Shown: positions 38,379 to 47,321 of the stretch, piece after piece
How positions within the stretch are numbered: position 1 is the stretch's first letter
How the letters are laid out: the number at the start of each line of letters is the position of its first letter
Assembly (NCBI GenBank): GCA_041746955.1
Contig: JBGTFZ010000112.1
Coordinates: 6,092-70,091, forward strand
Length of the DNA: 64,000 nt
Source: Bryobacteraceae bacterium
Lineage (GTDB): Bacteria > Acidobacteriota > Terriglobia > Bryobacterales > Bryobacteraceae
Direction of reading: 5' to 3'
The notes under the pieces: model-generated
What the model was told of the DNA's origin: nothing
Seen by the model: the letters and a program-made list of their open reading frames with translations, nothing else
The model's database searches: none
Made by a program: the position numbers and the translations under genes

Positions 38379-39380
38379 ATGTCTTTTGGCAAACTCGGCG
38401 CAGCGTTGACGGCCGCTGAGATCCATTTCCTAGTTAGAGACGATCTGGAGCGCGTCGAAGCGGCCATCACCGAACAAAGCGTCGGATCGGTCGAGCAGAT
38501 CGCCGAGATCAGCCGCTATTTGCACGCCAGCGGTGGAAAGCGCATCCGCCCGACCCTCCTTCTCCTGGTCTGCAAACTGTTCCGCGAACCCGACGCGGCG
38601 GCGATCAGCCTGGCGGCGGTCGTCGAGATGATCCACGCGGCCACCCTGGTTCACGACGACGTGATCGATGTCGCCCAAACCCGGCGCGGACGCCCATCGG
38701 CCAACGTGATCTGGGGCAACCACACCAGTGTTCTCGCGGGTGACTGGATGTACATGCAGGCCTTCCAGGTGGCGCTGCAACTTCGGAACTTCCATATCCT
38801 CGACATCCTGATCAGCCTGACGCAGATGATGGTGGAAGGCGAACTGATCCAGCTTCAACGAATCGGCCGGATCGACGTTTCCGAAACCGACTACATGGAG
38901 CTGATCGACCGGAAGACGGCGGCTCTCTTTTCCGCGTGCGCACGATTGGGCGCCGTGGCTGGCGGCGCGGATGAGGCGACGGAATCCCGGCTGAGCGAAT
39001 TCGCCTGGAATCTCGGAATGGCATTCCAGTTGATCGACGACATGCTGGATTTCACGTCGCGCGAAAAGGTGCTGGGCAAGCCGGTGGGCAACGACCTGCA
39101 AGAAGGCAAGGTGACGCTGCCCATGATCTATGCGCTGAACGAAGCTACGCCCGCCGAGCGCCAGTTGGTCGAGACCGTTCTTCGGGACCAGAATTATTCC
39201 CGCGTGCCTTTGTCGAAGATCCAGGAGTTAATCACGCAGCGCGGCGGCCTGGACCGGGCTCGCGAACGGGCGCAGTTCTTCACAGACCGCGCCCGCCAGT
39301 TGATCGCCGGGTTCCCCGAATCGCGATGCCAGGCTGCATTGGCCGCCGTTACGGAACTGGTGACGGAGCGCGATCGTTGA
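38379..39380 (+). CDS. Polyprenyl diphosphate synthase (long-chain, IspB-like)
   Basis: 333 aa with two Asp-rich motifs, LVHDDVIDV and LIDDMLDF. Confidence 0.85.
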   Translation: MSFGKLGAALTAAEIHFLVRDDLERVEAAITEQSVGSVEQIAEISRYLHASGGKRIRPTLLLLVCKLFREPDAAAISLAAVVEMIHAATLVHDDVIDVAQTRRGRPSANVIWGNHTSVLAGDWMYMQAFQVALQLRNFHILDILISLTQMMVEGELIQLQRIGRIDVSETDYMELIDRKTAALFSACARLGAVAGGADEATESRLSEFAWNLGMAFQLIDDMLDFTSREKVLGKPVGNDLQEGKVTLPMIYALNEATPAERQLVETVLRDQNYSRVPLSKIQELITQRGGLDRARERAQFFTDRARQLIAGFPESRCQAALAAVTELVTERDR

Positions 39381-40483
39381 TTCGGGCCCTGCCGTGCGCG
39401 CTTCTGGCGCTGCCGCTGATGGCCCAGCTTTCGCCACTGCCCTATCCAAAGATCGCCAGCCGCTTGACCGCCGCGCTGGAACTGCGAAGCGGCGAACGCG
39501 TTTTGATCCCGCGCGACCCAGGCTATTTCGACGCGCTCATCCCGGAACTGGAGCAGCGGGTCCGCAAGGCCGGCGCGATCCCGGTGCTAACCGAGTACTC
39601 CCCGAAAGGCCAGCCGCGCCCCGGACGCGCCATTCGAGACCTGCTGGAAGAAACGGACGTGTTCCTGTGGCTGCCATTCCGGACCACGGTCCGCGAGGTG
39701 ACTCCGCAGGAGAATCGCGACATCGCCCGGTGGACCGATCTCGGCGGCGCCCGGCGGCAGATTCATTTTCATTGGGACCAAGGGAGCGTGCTTGCCGATG
39801 GGCTGCCGGGTGAGCACACGGCGGCGCTCGACAAGGTCTATCTGTCGGCGTTGGCGATCGACTATCGCGCAATGGCGAAGGCGCAGCAGCGGACGGCCTC
39901 CCGCCTTCGCGAAGGAGTGGTCCGCATCACCACGCCCGCCGGAACCGACCTGCGGTTTGAGATTCGAGACCGGCCTTTCAATCGCCAGGATGGCGCCGCC
40001 TCCGCGAAGCGCATGGAATCGGCCAAGGTGCGCGTGGACCGCGAGATTGAATTTCCCTCCGGCGTTCTGCGCGTCGCGCCGATTGAGGAAACTGCCAACG
40101 GCGTCGTGGTCGTCCCGGAAGCACGGTTCGGCGATATCGTCGCGAAGAATCTGCGGCTGGAGTTCAAAGACGGGAAGGTATCGTCGATGCTGGCTTCGGA
40201 AGGGCTGGCCGCCGTGCAAAACGAGTTGCAGGCAGCGGGCGACGCCGCATTCCGCTTTCGCGAATTTGGCCTGGGCTTCAATCCGCGCCTGCGTCCGCTG
40301 AAGGGAAGCAAGGTTCTGCCTTACTTCGCGTACGGCGCCGGGATGGTGCGGATCAGCCTGGGCGACAACGAAGAGCTGGGAGGCGCCATCCGCGGCGGAT
40401 ACCGAAGGTGGTTCTTCTTCCCCGACGCCACGGTTACCGTAGGCCGCCAGACCATCGTGCGCGGCGGTACACTTGGGCCGTGA
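39377..40483 (+). CDS. Putative M29-family aminopeptidase with signal peptide
   Basis: ITTPAGTDLRFEI and the C-terminal ISLGDN resemble aminopeptidase T/S. The start is uncertain. TTG 39377 overlaps the upstream stop, and the track ORF begins at 39326. Confidence 0.5.
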   Translation: MIRALPCALLALPLMAQLSPLPYPKIASRLTAALELRSGERVLIPRDPGYFDALIPELEQRVRKAGAIPVLTEYSPKGQPRPGRAIRDLLEETDVFLWLPFRTTVREVTPQENRDIARWTDLGGARRQIHFHWDQGSVLADGLPGEHTAALDKVYLSALAIDYRAMAKAQQRTASRLREGVVRITTPAGTDLRFEIRDRPFNRQDGAASAKRMESAKVRVDREIEFPSGVLRVAPIEETANGVVVVPEARFGDIVAKNLRLEFKDGKVSSMLASEGLAAVQNELQAAGDAAFRFREFGLGFNPRLRPLKGSKVLPYFAYGAGMVRISLGDNEELGGAIRGGYRRWFFFPDATVTVGRQTIVRGGTLGP

Positions 40484-41310
40484 ACCGGCGTACGTTCCTA
40501 GCATCCATCGCCGCGGCCTCCGCATCCCGCGCTGACATTCCCTTTCCAATTGGCGTGACCGACTGGAACCTGAAGCTGTCCTCCGATATCGAGGCGGTTC
40601 GTCTGGCATCCTCAATTGGCTTCGCCGGTGTGGAGGTCAGCCTGGGCCGAAAGCTGGTGGACGGGCGTCTGCCGCTTTCGCATGCCGATAGGCAGGACGC
40701 CTACCTCGCCGCAGCGGCCGAACACAAGATCGCCCTCGCGGGCACGTGCCTGGATATCCTCCACGTAAATTATTTGAAGAACGATCCGCTGGGCCAGAAG
40801 TGGGTGGCGGATGGAATCCCTGCGACGAAGCGCCTAAAAGCTCGCGTTATGCTGCTGCCCTTCTTTGGCAAGGGAGCGCTGAAGACCCGCGACGAAATGA
40901 CGTTTGTGGGCGACGCACTTCGCGACTTGGCTCCCGAAGCCGAGAAGGCCGGCGTCATCCTGGGGCTTGAGAATACTGTAAACGCCGCCGACAACTTGTA
41001 CATCTGCGAGCGCAGCCGCTCCGCCGCGGTCCAGATCTACTACGACTGCGGGAACCTGCGGAATGCCGGGTTCGATCCGCTGAAGGAACTTCATGAGATG
41101 GGTGTCGCTCACATTTGCCAAGTGCATCTGAAGGACAATCCGCACTACCTCGGCGAAGGACCCATCGACCTGCGCGCGATCGTCGGCAGTCTCCGGAAAA
41201 TGGGATACAAAGGCTTCGTCAACCTAGAGACAGACTCACCCACAGGAGACATCGCCGCCGACATGAGCCGCAATTTCAGCTACCTCCGAAAAATCGCGGC
41301 AGTAGGCTAA
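40480..41310 (+). CDS. Sugar phosphate isomerase/epimerase (xylose isomerase-like TIM barrel), Tat-type signal
   Basis: GTG 40480 overlaps the upstream stop. VNRRTFLASIAAASAS is followed by ..GLENT.. and VHLKD motifs. Confidence 0.65.
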   Translation: MNRRTFLASIAAASASRADIPFPIGVTDWNLKLSSDIEAVRLASSIGFAGVEVSLGRKLVDGRLPLSHADRQDAYLAAAAEHKIALAGTCLDILHVNYLKNDPLGQKWVADGIPATKRLKARVMLLPFFGKGALKTRDEMTFVGDALRDLAPEAEKAGVILGLENTVNAADNLYICERSRSAAVQIYYDCGNLRNAGFDPLKELHEMGVAHICQVHLKDNPHYLGEGPIDLRAIVGSLRKMGYKGFVNLETDSPTGDIAADMSRNFSYLRKIAAVG

Positions 41311-41461
41311 GCGATCCCGAAAAGCGTACACCTCCCAAAGGTGGAAAACCAGACCCGTTTGGTCGGATTGCATTCTCCTATATTCAGGTGGGATTAACGT
41401 TACAAATAGGGCAATATCAACTTTCCCCAATGAATCCAGCAACAAACGGGCGAGTTAGGGG

Positions 41462-41490
41462 TTGACACTTCGGACAAAAGGGTTTAATCT
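41462..41490 (+). promoter_or_regulatory. Sigma70-like promoter candidate for carD
   Basis: TTGACA (41462-41467), a 17-nt spacer, then TAATCT (41485-41490). It lies in an AT-richer intergenic region about 60 nt upstream of the carD ATG. Confidence 0.35.
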
Positions 41491-41549
41491 CAGTGTCGAA
41501 GCCGAGTTGTAACGTGTAACTTCTATCAAGTGTATAGCGAGGTCCGCGA

Positions 41550-42059
41550 ATGACCTTTCAGGTCGGCGAGAAGGTGGTGTACCCCAATCAGGGGGTCGCT
41601 ACCATAGAAAATATCAGTTCCCGTACTTTCGGGAGCAGTTTCGAGAGCTTCTACCTATTGCGCCTGTCGTGCTCCAGCATGACGGTGATGGTGCCGTTCT
41701 CTCACGTTCACCAAATCGGACTCCGCAAAGTCACCCGCGGCGGAGAAGTTACGAGAGTCCTGGATTATCTGGCTTGCGGTACCTGCAAGTGCAGCGAGGA
41801 CTGGAAACGTAGATTCAAAGAGAATTCCGATAAGATGCAGGCCGGTAGCCTGCTGGAGATCGCTCAGGTCTTCAAGAGTTTAGTAATGCTTGTCCAGGAA
41901 AAACCACTTTCTTTCCGGGAAAAGAAGATGTTGGAGCGTGCAAGGCAAATGCTGATCGGCGAAGTTGCCACCGCTCGCGGAGTTCGGGAACCAGAGGCGG
42001 TCGTGATTATGACCAAGTCTCTTTCCCAGGCCAGTTTGAAGTTCCCCGAAGCGATGTAA
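41550..42059 (+). CDS. carD: CarD/CdnL family transcriptional regulator
   Basis: 169 aa. FQVGEKVVYPNQGVATIENI is the CarD_CdnL_TRCF N-terminal signature. Confidence 0.85.
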   Translation: MTFQVGEKVVYPNQGVATIENISSRTFGSSFESFYLLRLSCSSMTVMVPFSHVHQIGLRKVTRGGEVTRVLDYLACGTCKCSEDWKRRFKENSDKMQAGSLLEIAQVFKSLVMLVQEKPLSFREKKMLERARQMLIGEVATARGVREPEAVVIMTKSLSQASLKFPEAM

Positions 42060-42098
42060 AGCTGCGGATTCATTTTTCCTCCTCCTCTTTCTTTAAGA

Positions 42099-42133
42099 GC
42101 CGGTCGAGCACAACGCTTCGACCGGCTTTTTAT
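42099..42133 (+). terminator. Rho-independent terminator after carD
   Basis: GCCGGTCGA-gcacaacgct-TCGACCGGC is followed by TTTTTATTT. Confidence 0.7.
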
Positions 42134-42148
42134 TTCCGCCCACTTATC

Positions 42149-43018
42149 ATGAAGAAGATGCTACTGGCGATTGCCTTGGCCCTGAGTGTCGTCGCAGCAG
42201 CCCCCTTCAGCGAAGCGTCGGCGTACCGGTTTGCCGAAAAGGCGGTGTCCTTTGGCGCGCGCCCGTCCGGATCGCCCGCCCATGCCCGCCTCCAAGGGTT
42301 TATTGTGGAGCGCCTTCGATCCTTCGGATGCGAAGTAACCGAGGAAGTCTTCAGCGCCAGCACGCCTTCCGGGCCGGTGCCCATGAAGAACATCCTCTGC
42401 CGGCTGAAGGGTTCGGCTGGCCGGAGCGCGCTGGTCGTCTCGGGCCACTACGACACCAAGGTGATGCCGGGCACCCACTTCGTTGGAGCAAATGATGCAG
42501 GTTCTTCCACCGGACTGCTGCTGGAACTCGCCCGCACGCTGGCCAACCAGCCTCGAAAACGCGACGTGTGGATCGTGTTCTTCGACGGCGAGGAAGCCGT
42601 AGGCCAGTGGACCGCCACCGACAGCCTCTACGGCAGCCGTCATCAGTCGGCGCGATGGGCGTCCAGCGGCTTCCTTGGCAGGATCGACGCACTGATCAAT
42701 GTCGATATGATTGGCGACCGGGACCTGAACATCTTGCAGGATCTGAATTCCTCTCCGGCGCTGGTAAGCCTCGTCTGGAAGGTGGCGGCCGATCTCGGCT
42801 ACGGACGGCATTTTGAACAGGCGCAGACGGCGATGGAAGACGATCACATGCCCTTCCGGAGGCGCGGCGTCGAGGCGATCGATCTGATCGATTTCGAGTA
42901 CGGTCCGTTGAACCGGTACTGGCATACGGACAAGGACACGATGGATAAGCTAAGCCCGGCCAGCTTCGGCGTGGTGGGCAAGGTGGTCATCGAAACATTA
43001 AGGAGACTGGATAAATGA
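42149..43018 (+). CDS. M28 family peptidase (glutaminyl-cyclase-like), secreted
   Basis: 289 aa with a signal peptide. Contains VVSGHYDTK, GANDAGSSTGLLLELAR and VFFDGEE. Confidence 0.8.
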   Translation: MKKMLLAIALALSVVAAAPFSEASAYRFAEKAVSFGARPSGSPAHARLQGFIVERLRSFGCEVTEEVFSASTPSGPVPMKNILCRLKGSAGRSALVVSGHYDTKVMPGTHFVGANDAGSSTGLLLELARTLANQPRKRDVWIVFFDGEEAVGQWTATDSLYGSRHQSARWASSGFLGRIDALINVDMIGDRDLNILQDLNSSPALVSLVWKVAADLGYGRHFEQAQTAMEDDHMPFRRRGVEAIDLIDFEYGPLNRYWHTDKDTMDKLSPASFGVVGKVVIETLRRLDK

Positions 43019-43425
43019 AGAGACGAAATGCACTGGCGGCGATGCCGTTTGCTCCACTGGCGATGTTCGCGGCGGCGATTGACGGTCCGCTGCCCAACGT
43101 GACTTTCAACGAAGCGGATTCGAAACTAGTGCCGGACCCGTCGGGCGATTTGCGGATTTACTTCGACGGCGGGACGGACCAGTTGAAGCGCATGACCGCC
43201 GGCAGCCTGCGCCTGAAACCTGGCGCGACGCCGCATCCGCCGCACACGCATCCCGAGGAAGAGTTCATGGTGGTGACGGAAGGCACGGGCGAGATCTTCT
43301 GCGACGGTAAGACGATCAAGGTTGCCCCGGGCGCGATCATGTATTGCGCCGCCGGGAAGTCCCACGGGATTCTGAACACCGGCAAAAAGCCGATGATGTT
43401 CTACTTCTTCAAGTGGAAGGCGTGA
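43015..43425 (+). CDS. Cupin domain protein, secreted
   Basis: 136 aa with a signal peptide. The cupin motifs are PHTHPEEEFMVVTEG and the later GKSHGILNTG. Confidence 0.7.
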   Translation: MKRRNALAAMPFAPLAMFAAAIDGPLPNVTFNEADSKLVPDPSGDLRIYFDGGTDQLKRMTAGSLRLKPGATPHPPHTHPEEEFMVVTEGTGEIFCDGKTIKVAPGAIMYCAAGKSHGILNTGKKPMMFYFFKWKA

Positions 43426-43495
43426 TCTTGCCGCGCCAGAGATAGCCTCCGCGATCTGGATGAAGTGCAGCGAGACGACCGAGACGACCGCTCGC

Positions 43496-45259
43496 CTACA
43501 TCGCGACAGGCAGTGTTACCGTGAACGTCGATCCTTGCCCAACAACGCTACGCGCATCAATGGTCCCCTTGTGCTTCTGCACGATGTTCAAGCACGTGAA
43601 CAGGCTTAGCGACGCGCGTACCCGCGCTTCCTCGCGATTGAACCCGGCGTTGAAGATCCGGGGCAGATCCTCCGCCGCAATTCCCCGTCCAGTATCGGCA
43701 AAGCTAAGGCGCACGCCCGCGCCCGCGGGACGGGAACCGATTCGCACCTCACCCGGACCGTCGATCGCCTGGCCGCAGTTGCGAAGCAGGTGCAGGAATA
43801 CCTGATTCAATTCCGCCGGGAAGCAGGAGACGCGTGGGATCGGCTGGAAGTCGCGAACTACAACGACACGCCGCCCAAACTCGGGAGCAAGAATCTCCAG
43901 CGCCTGCTCAATGCCTTCCAAAAGGTCTGCTTCGCGGAACTCGGCAAGATCGATACCGGCGAAACTCTTCAGCCGGGCAATGGTGGATGAGATACGGTCG
44001 GCAGCCGCGGACACGGTTTCCGCATTGCCGCGAAGGATGTCGGGCACACCTTCCCCGCCAAGCCTGGCCGTCGCCCGCACTAGCGTGTCGGCGGAACTGC
44101 GGATGACGCCCAAGGGCGAGTTCATTTCGTGCGCCAGCGCCGCCACCAGACTTCCAACCGCGGCCATCTTCTCCGCGTTGACGGTTGCCGCCTGCTCCGC
44201 GCGGAGCGTTTCCACCTGCGCCATCAGGCGCATGGCGCGAAGCCGTAACTGATTCTGTTCGCCCGTAATCGTCTCGCGAATCTGCTGGTAGGCCTTGAAC
44301 CGGCTTAGCGCGTCGCCCAGATCGCCGCGCTTTTCACTGATTGCCGAGATCAACTGGTAGGCGTCCGCAAGCTTCGGCCGCGCGCCAATCGCTCCTGCGC
44401 TTTTCTCGGCGCGGACGGCATATTCCATTGCCTGATCGAGATTCTCTCTGCGCAGATACAGGCGTCCCAGATCGATCAGAGACGTGATCGCGGCGCCGGA
44501 GTATCCCTCATCGGTGCGGATTTGCAGGGCCTGCAGCAGATACTTCTCCGCCGCTTCCTCGTCGCCTTTGCGCCAGTGCGTGGCGCCCATTTCATTTAAC
44601 GAACGCGAGATCAACAGCCGGTTGCCGCTCTCCTCACCGCATGCCAGCGCGCGCCGGTGGAACTCCAGGGCCTTGTCCAGGTCTCCCAATTCCATGTGTG
44701 CCGCGCCGATTTGCGCGTAGGCCCGCCCTTGCGCGATCAACTGAGGTGTGGAATGCTCAAGCACCTTCAGCGCCTGCTCGGAATGCTCGCGGGCGGCGTT
44801 GAAATCTCCCAGCGAATGGCTCATTCCCGCGCGCGCCACCCACCCGAAAGCCTCATCGGCGCGGTCAGGCGATTTGGCCAGCAGCTCCATTGCGAGGTCG
44901 CCCTCGCGGGTCATCTCGTCGTAGTTGCCAAGGCTCCAGTGGATCAGCGCCAGCACTCCCCGCAGCCGGCCTTCGTGTACGGGATCGTCGCCAAGAAGCT
45001 GAAGCGCGCGTACGCATTCGTCGATGGCGAGATGCAGGTCAGACCGCAGATAGTGGACGAACGCCAGAACGCCAAGGCTGCGTCCAATCCCCGGCAGGTA
45101 ATGGATCTCTTCTGAAAGCCGCTTCGCCTCGCCGCCGATTTCCAGCATGCGATCGAAATTCTCGGTCTCGCGGAGGCGGTAAGCCTCCTCGGTTAGAGCG
45201 TCGATGCGCTGCTCTAGCTCAATTCGATCCGGCGCAACTTTATCTTCGACCATTCCCAC
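43496..45259 (-). CDS. TPR-repeat sensor histidine kinase
   Basis: 587 aa. N-terminal TPR-like repeats, the H-box LAHEMNSPLGVI, and HATPase motifs (N box LLRNCGQA, G box DTGRGI). Confidence 0.85.
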   Translation of the reverse strand: MGMVEDKVAPDRIELEQRIDALTEEAYRLRETENFDRMLEIGGEAKRLSEEIHYLPGIGRSLGVLAFVHYLRSDLHLAIDECVRALQLLGDDPVHEGRLRGVLALIHWSLGNYDEMTREGDLAMELLAKSPDRADEAFGWVARAGMSHSLGDFNAAREHSEQALKVLEHSTPQLIAQGRAYAQIGAAHMELGDLDKALEFHRRALACGEESGNRLLISRSLNEMGATHWRKGDEEAAEKYLLQALQIRTDEGYSGAAITSLIDLGRLYLRRENLDQAMEYAVRAEKSAGAIGARPKLADAYQLISAISEKRGDLGDALSRFKAYQQIRETITGEQNQLRLRAMRLMAQVETLRAEQAATVNAEKMAAVGSLVAALAHEMNSPLGVIRSSADTLVRATARLGGEGVPDILRGNAETVSAAADRISSTIARLKSFAGIDLAEFREADLLEGIEQALEILAPEFGRRVVVVRDFQPIPRVSCFPAELNQVFLHLLRNCGQAIDGPGEVRIGSRPAGAGVRLSFADTGRGIAAEDLPRIFNAGFNREEARVRASLSLFTCLNIVQKHKGTIDARSVVGQGSTFTVTLPVAM

Positions 45260-46350
45260 TCTCCAAGGCCGAGGCCTCCGGCGATTTCGACGTGCTCCGG
45301 CTGTTTGCGAACGAAAACCGAGTGCTTGTCGGGAAGCTCGTCCGCCAGCTTCAGCCTTCCCACGGCCAGACGCTTTTCATCGATCTCGCGCCAGCAGACA
45401 TGATCCAGCGCGACGGCGTCGGTGGCGAAGAACATCGCCTTCTGTTCCCAAACGTACTCGGGCCGCGCGGAAGGTCCGCCATGGTAAACGCCCTTGATTC
45501 CGTCCAGCACGTGAAGAACGGCCTTGTCGCGAATCACAGGCATCGCAACCACCGCCGGAATAAACGCGCCGCAGGCGTTGAGAGAGTGAGTGGAATGGCT
45601 CCGGCTAACGTTGTTCACCAAGCCGTGGGAAAGATTCTTCAGTGCCAGAGTCACTCCCGCGGACTGATGATCCTTCAGCACCGGCAGGTTCACCAGCTTA
45701 TTGATCTCCGTCGTGATGAACTTCGCGGCGTAGCTGCGCCGCACGGTTTCGTCGCGCACGTCCTGGTTGGTATGCGCCAGCGCCATGTCCAGATAATGGT
45801 CGGCGTCGTATCCATTGACGTTTGGCGAAGTGGCGCCCAGCAGGCTCTGTTGAACGTCGTCGTATTTTGGAGCTGCCGAGGAGATGCGCACACCCTGCGG
45901 CAGCCACTTATCAAACCCGGCCTTCAGGAACTGGTCGTGATAGCGGTCGTAGACCACAATGTCGTTCTTCTTTACACCAGCGGATTCCAGACCCGCGATG
46001 ATTTCCCGCACCACGCTGGCGTCGGAAATAACATGCGGCTGCCCGACCGGGTTTACTTTGATTCCGACTACATCGCCCGGCTCAAAGAACAGCTTCCAGG
46101 CCGACTGCCAGTCCGGCGCGCCGGTTAATTCCGTCATGCCGCGCCGCATCATCGCCTGGATCGCTTCGGGTTGATAGCGGTTGGTGACGATCGGCGAAGG
46201 GTGGGAAACTCGCGTCACCTGGCCCCGGAACATACCCGGCATGGAATGTTTGGATGCCGCGGACCGGGAGAAATTCTGGGCGGTGGCGGCCAGTTGAGCA
46301 GCCGTCATCGCGGCCACTCCTTGAACCAACTGACGCCGAGTCCATTTCAT
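45214..46350 (-). CDS. DUF362 domain protein with Tat signal
   Basis: 378 aa. MKWTRRQLVQGVAAMTAAQLAA, VGIKVNP and LKDHQSAGVTLALKN are typical of DUF362. Confidence 0.7.
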   Translation of the reverse strand: MKWTRRQLVQGVAAMTAAQLAATAQNFSRSAASKHSMPGMFRGQVTRVSHPSPIVTNRYQPEAIQAMMRRGMTELTGAPDWQSAWKLFFEPGDVVGIKVNPVGQPHVISDASVVREIIAGLESAGVKKNDIVVYDRYHDQFLKAGFDKWLPQGVRISSAAPKYDDVQQSLLGATSPNVNGYDADHYLDMALAHTNQDVRDETVRRSYAAKFITTEINKLVNLPVLKDHQSAGVTLALKNLSHGLVNNVSRSHSTHSLNACGAFIPAVVAMPVIRDKAVLHVLDGIKGVYHGGPSARPEYVWEQKAMFFATDAVALDHVCWREIDEKRLAVGRLKLADELPDKHSVFVRKQPEHVEIAGGLGLGEWEWSKIKLRRIELS

Positions 46351-46370
46351 GGTTCGAGTATAATCCCGCC

Positions 46371-47291
46371 ATGGCAGGCATTATTCCTACGCGCACTCTC
46401 GGACGGACGGGTGTTCCCGTGTCGATTCTCGCTTTGGGCGGGTGGCACATCCGCGCCATGAAGGACGACAACGAGGCCATACGCGTGATGCACGCGGCCA
46501 TTGACGAGGGGCTGACGTTCTTCGACAACGCCTGGGACTACTGGGACGGGGCGTCGGAAGAGCTGATGGGCAAGGCCCTGGCGATGGACGGCCGCCGGGG
46601 CAAGGTCTTCCTAATGACGAAGAATTGCGAGCGGGACTACACCGGGTCGATGAAGAACCTGGACGATTCCCTTCGCCGCTTGAAGACCGATCATCTGGAC
46701 CTGTGGCAGTTCCACGAAATGGTTTACGACAGCGACCCGGACTGGGTGTTCGAAAAGGGCGGCATCAAGGCGGCGATGGAAGCCCGGCAAGCCGGGAAGG
46801 TCCGGTTCATCGGTTTTACCGGCCATAAAGATCCGCGAATCCATCGCAAAATGCTGGCGAAACCCTTTGAATGGGACAGCGCGCAGATGCCGATCAACGT
46901 TCTCGATTCCCACTACCGCAGCTTCCAGCACGACGTCCTGCCCCTGTGCCTGGAGAAGCATGTGGGCGTTCTCGGAATGAAGGGGCTTGCCGGTGGCTAC
47001 CCTCAAGGGCGCATCCTTGAGAAGATGAAAGTCACTCCAGAGGAGTGCTTCCGTTACTGCCTTAGCCTTCCGATCACCGCGCAAGTGGTCGGCATCAACA
47101 GCATGGAGCATCTGAAACAGGACATCGCCATTGCGCGAAATTTCAAGCCGATGTCGAAGGCTGAAATGAAGGTCTTCGAGGACCGGGTGGCTGGTGAAGC
47201 CACCGATGGCCGCCATGAGCTCTTTAAGTCGACCCAGTCGTTCGACGGACCGCATCACCGCCGGCAGCATGGGTTTGCCGTCGGCGACTGA
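46371..47291 (+). CDS. Aldo/keto reductase
   Basis: The start is at MAGIIPTRTLGRTGVPVSILALGGW. Contains FFDNAWDY, DLWQFHE and GFTGH. Confidence 0.85.
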   Translation: MAGIIPTRTLGRTGVPVSILALGGWHIRAMKDDNEAIRVMHAAIDEGLTFFDNAWDYWDGASEELMGKALAMDGRRGKVFLMTKNCERDYTGSMKNLDDSLRRLKTDHLDLWQFHEMVYDSDPDWVFEKGGIKAAMEARQAGKVRFIGFTGHKDPRIHRKMLAKPFEWDSAQMPINVLDSHYRSFQHDVLPLCLEKHVGVLGMKGLAGGYPQGRILEKMKVTPEECFRYCLSLPITAQVVGINSMEHLKQDIAIARNFKPMSKAEMKVFEDRVAGEATDGRHELFKSTQSFDGPHHRRQHGFAVGD

Positions 47292-47321
47292 CAAGATCGT
47301 TCGACAAAAGGGAGGTCGCAC

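Noticed and set aside
43471-43488. Short tandem repeat CGAGACGAC x2, checked as a possible CRISPR or VNTR seed
   Set aside because: There are only two 9-bp units in an intergenic spacer. No further repeats or spacers occur, and no CRISPR-like array exists anywhere in the window.
44890-46128. 412-aa plus-strand ORF antisense to the histidine kinase and DUF362 genes
   Set aside because: It has a low-complexity Arg-rich translation, and both opposite-strand genes carry clear domain motifs.
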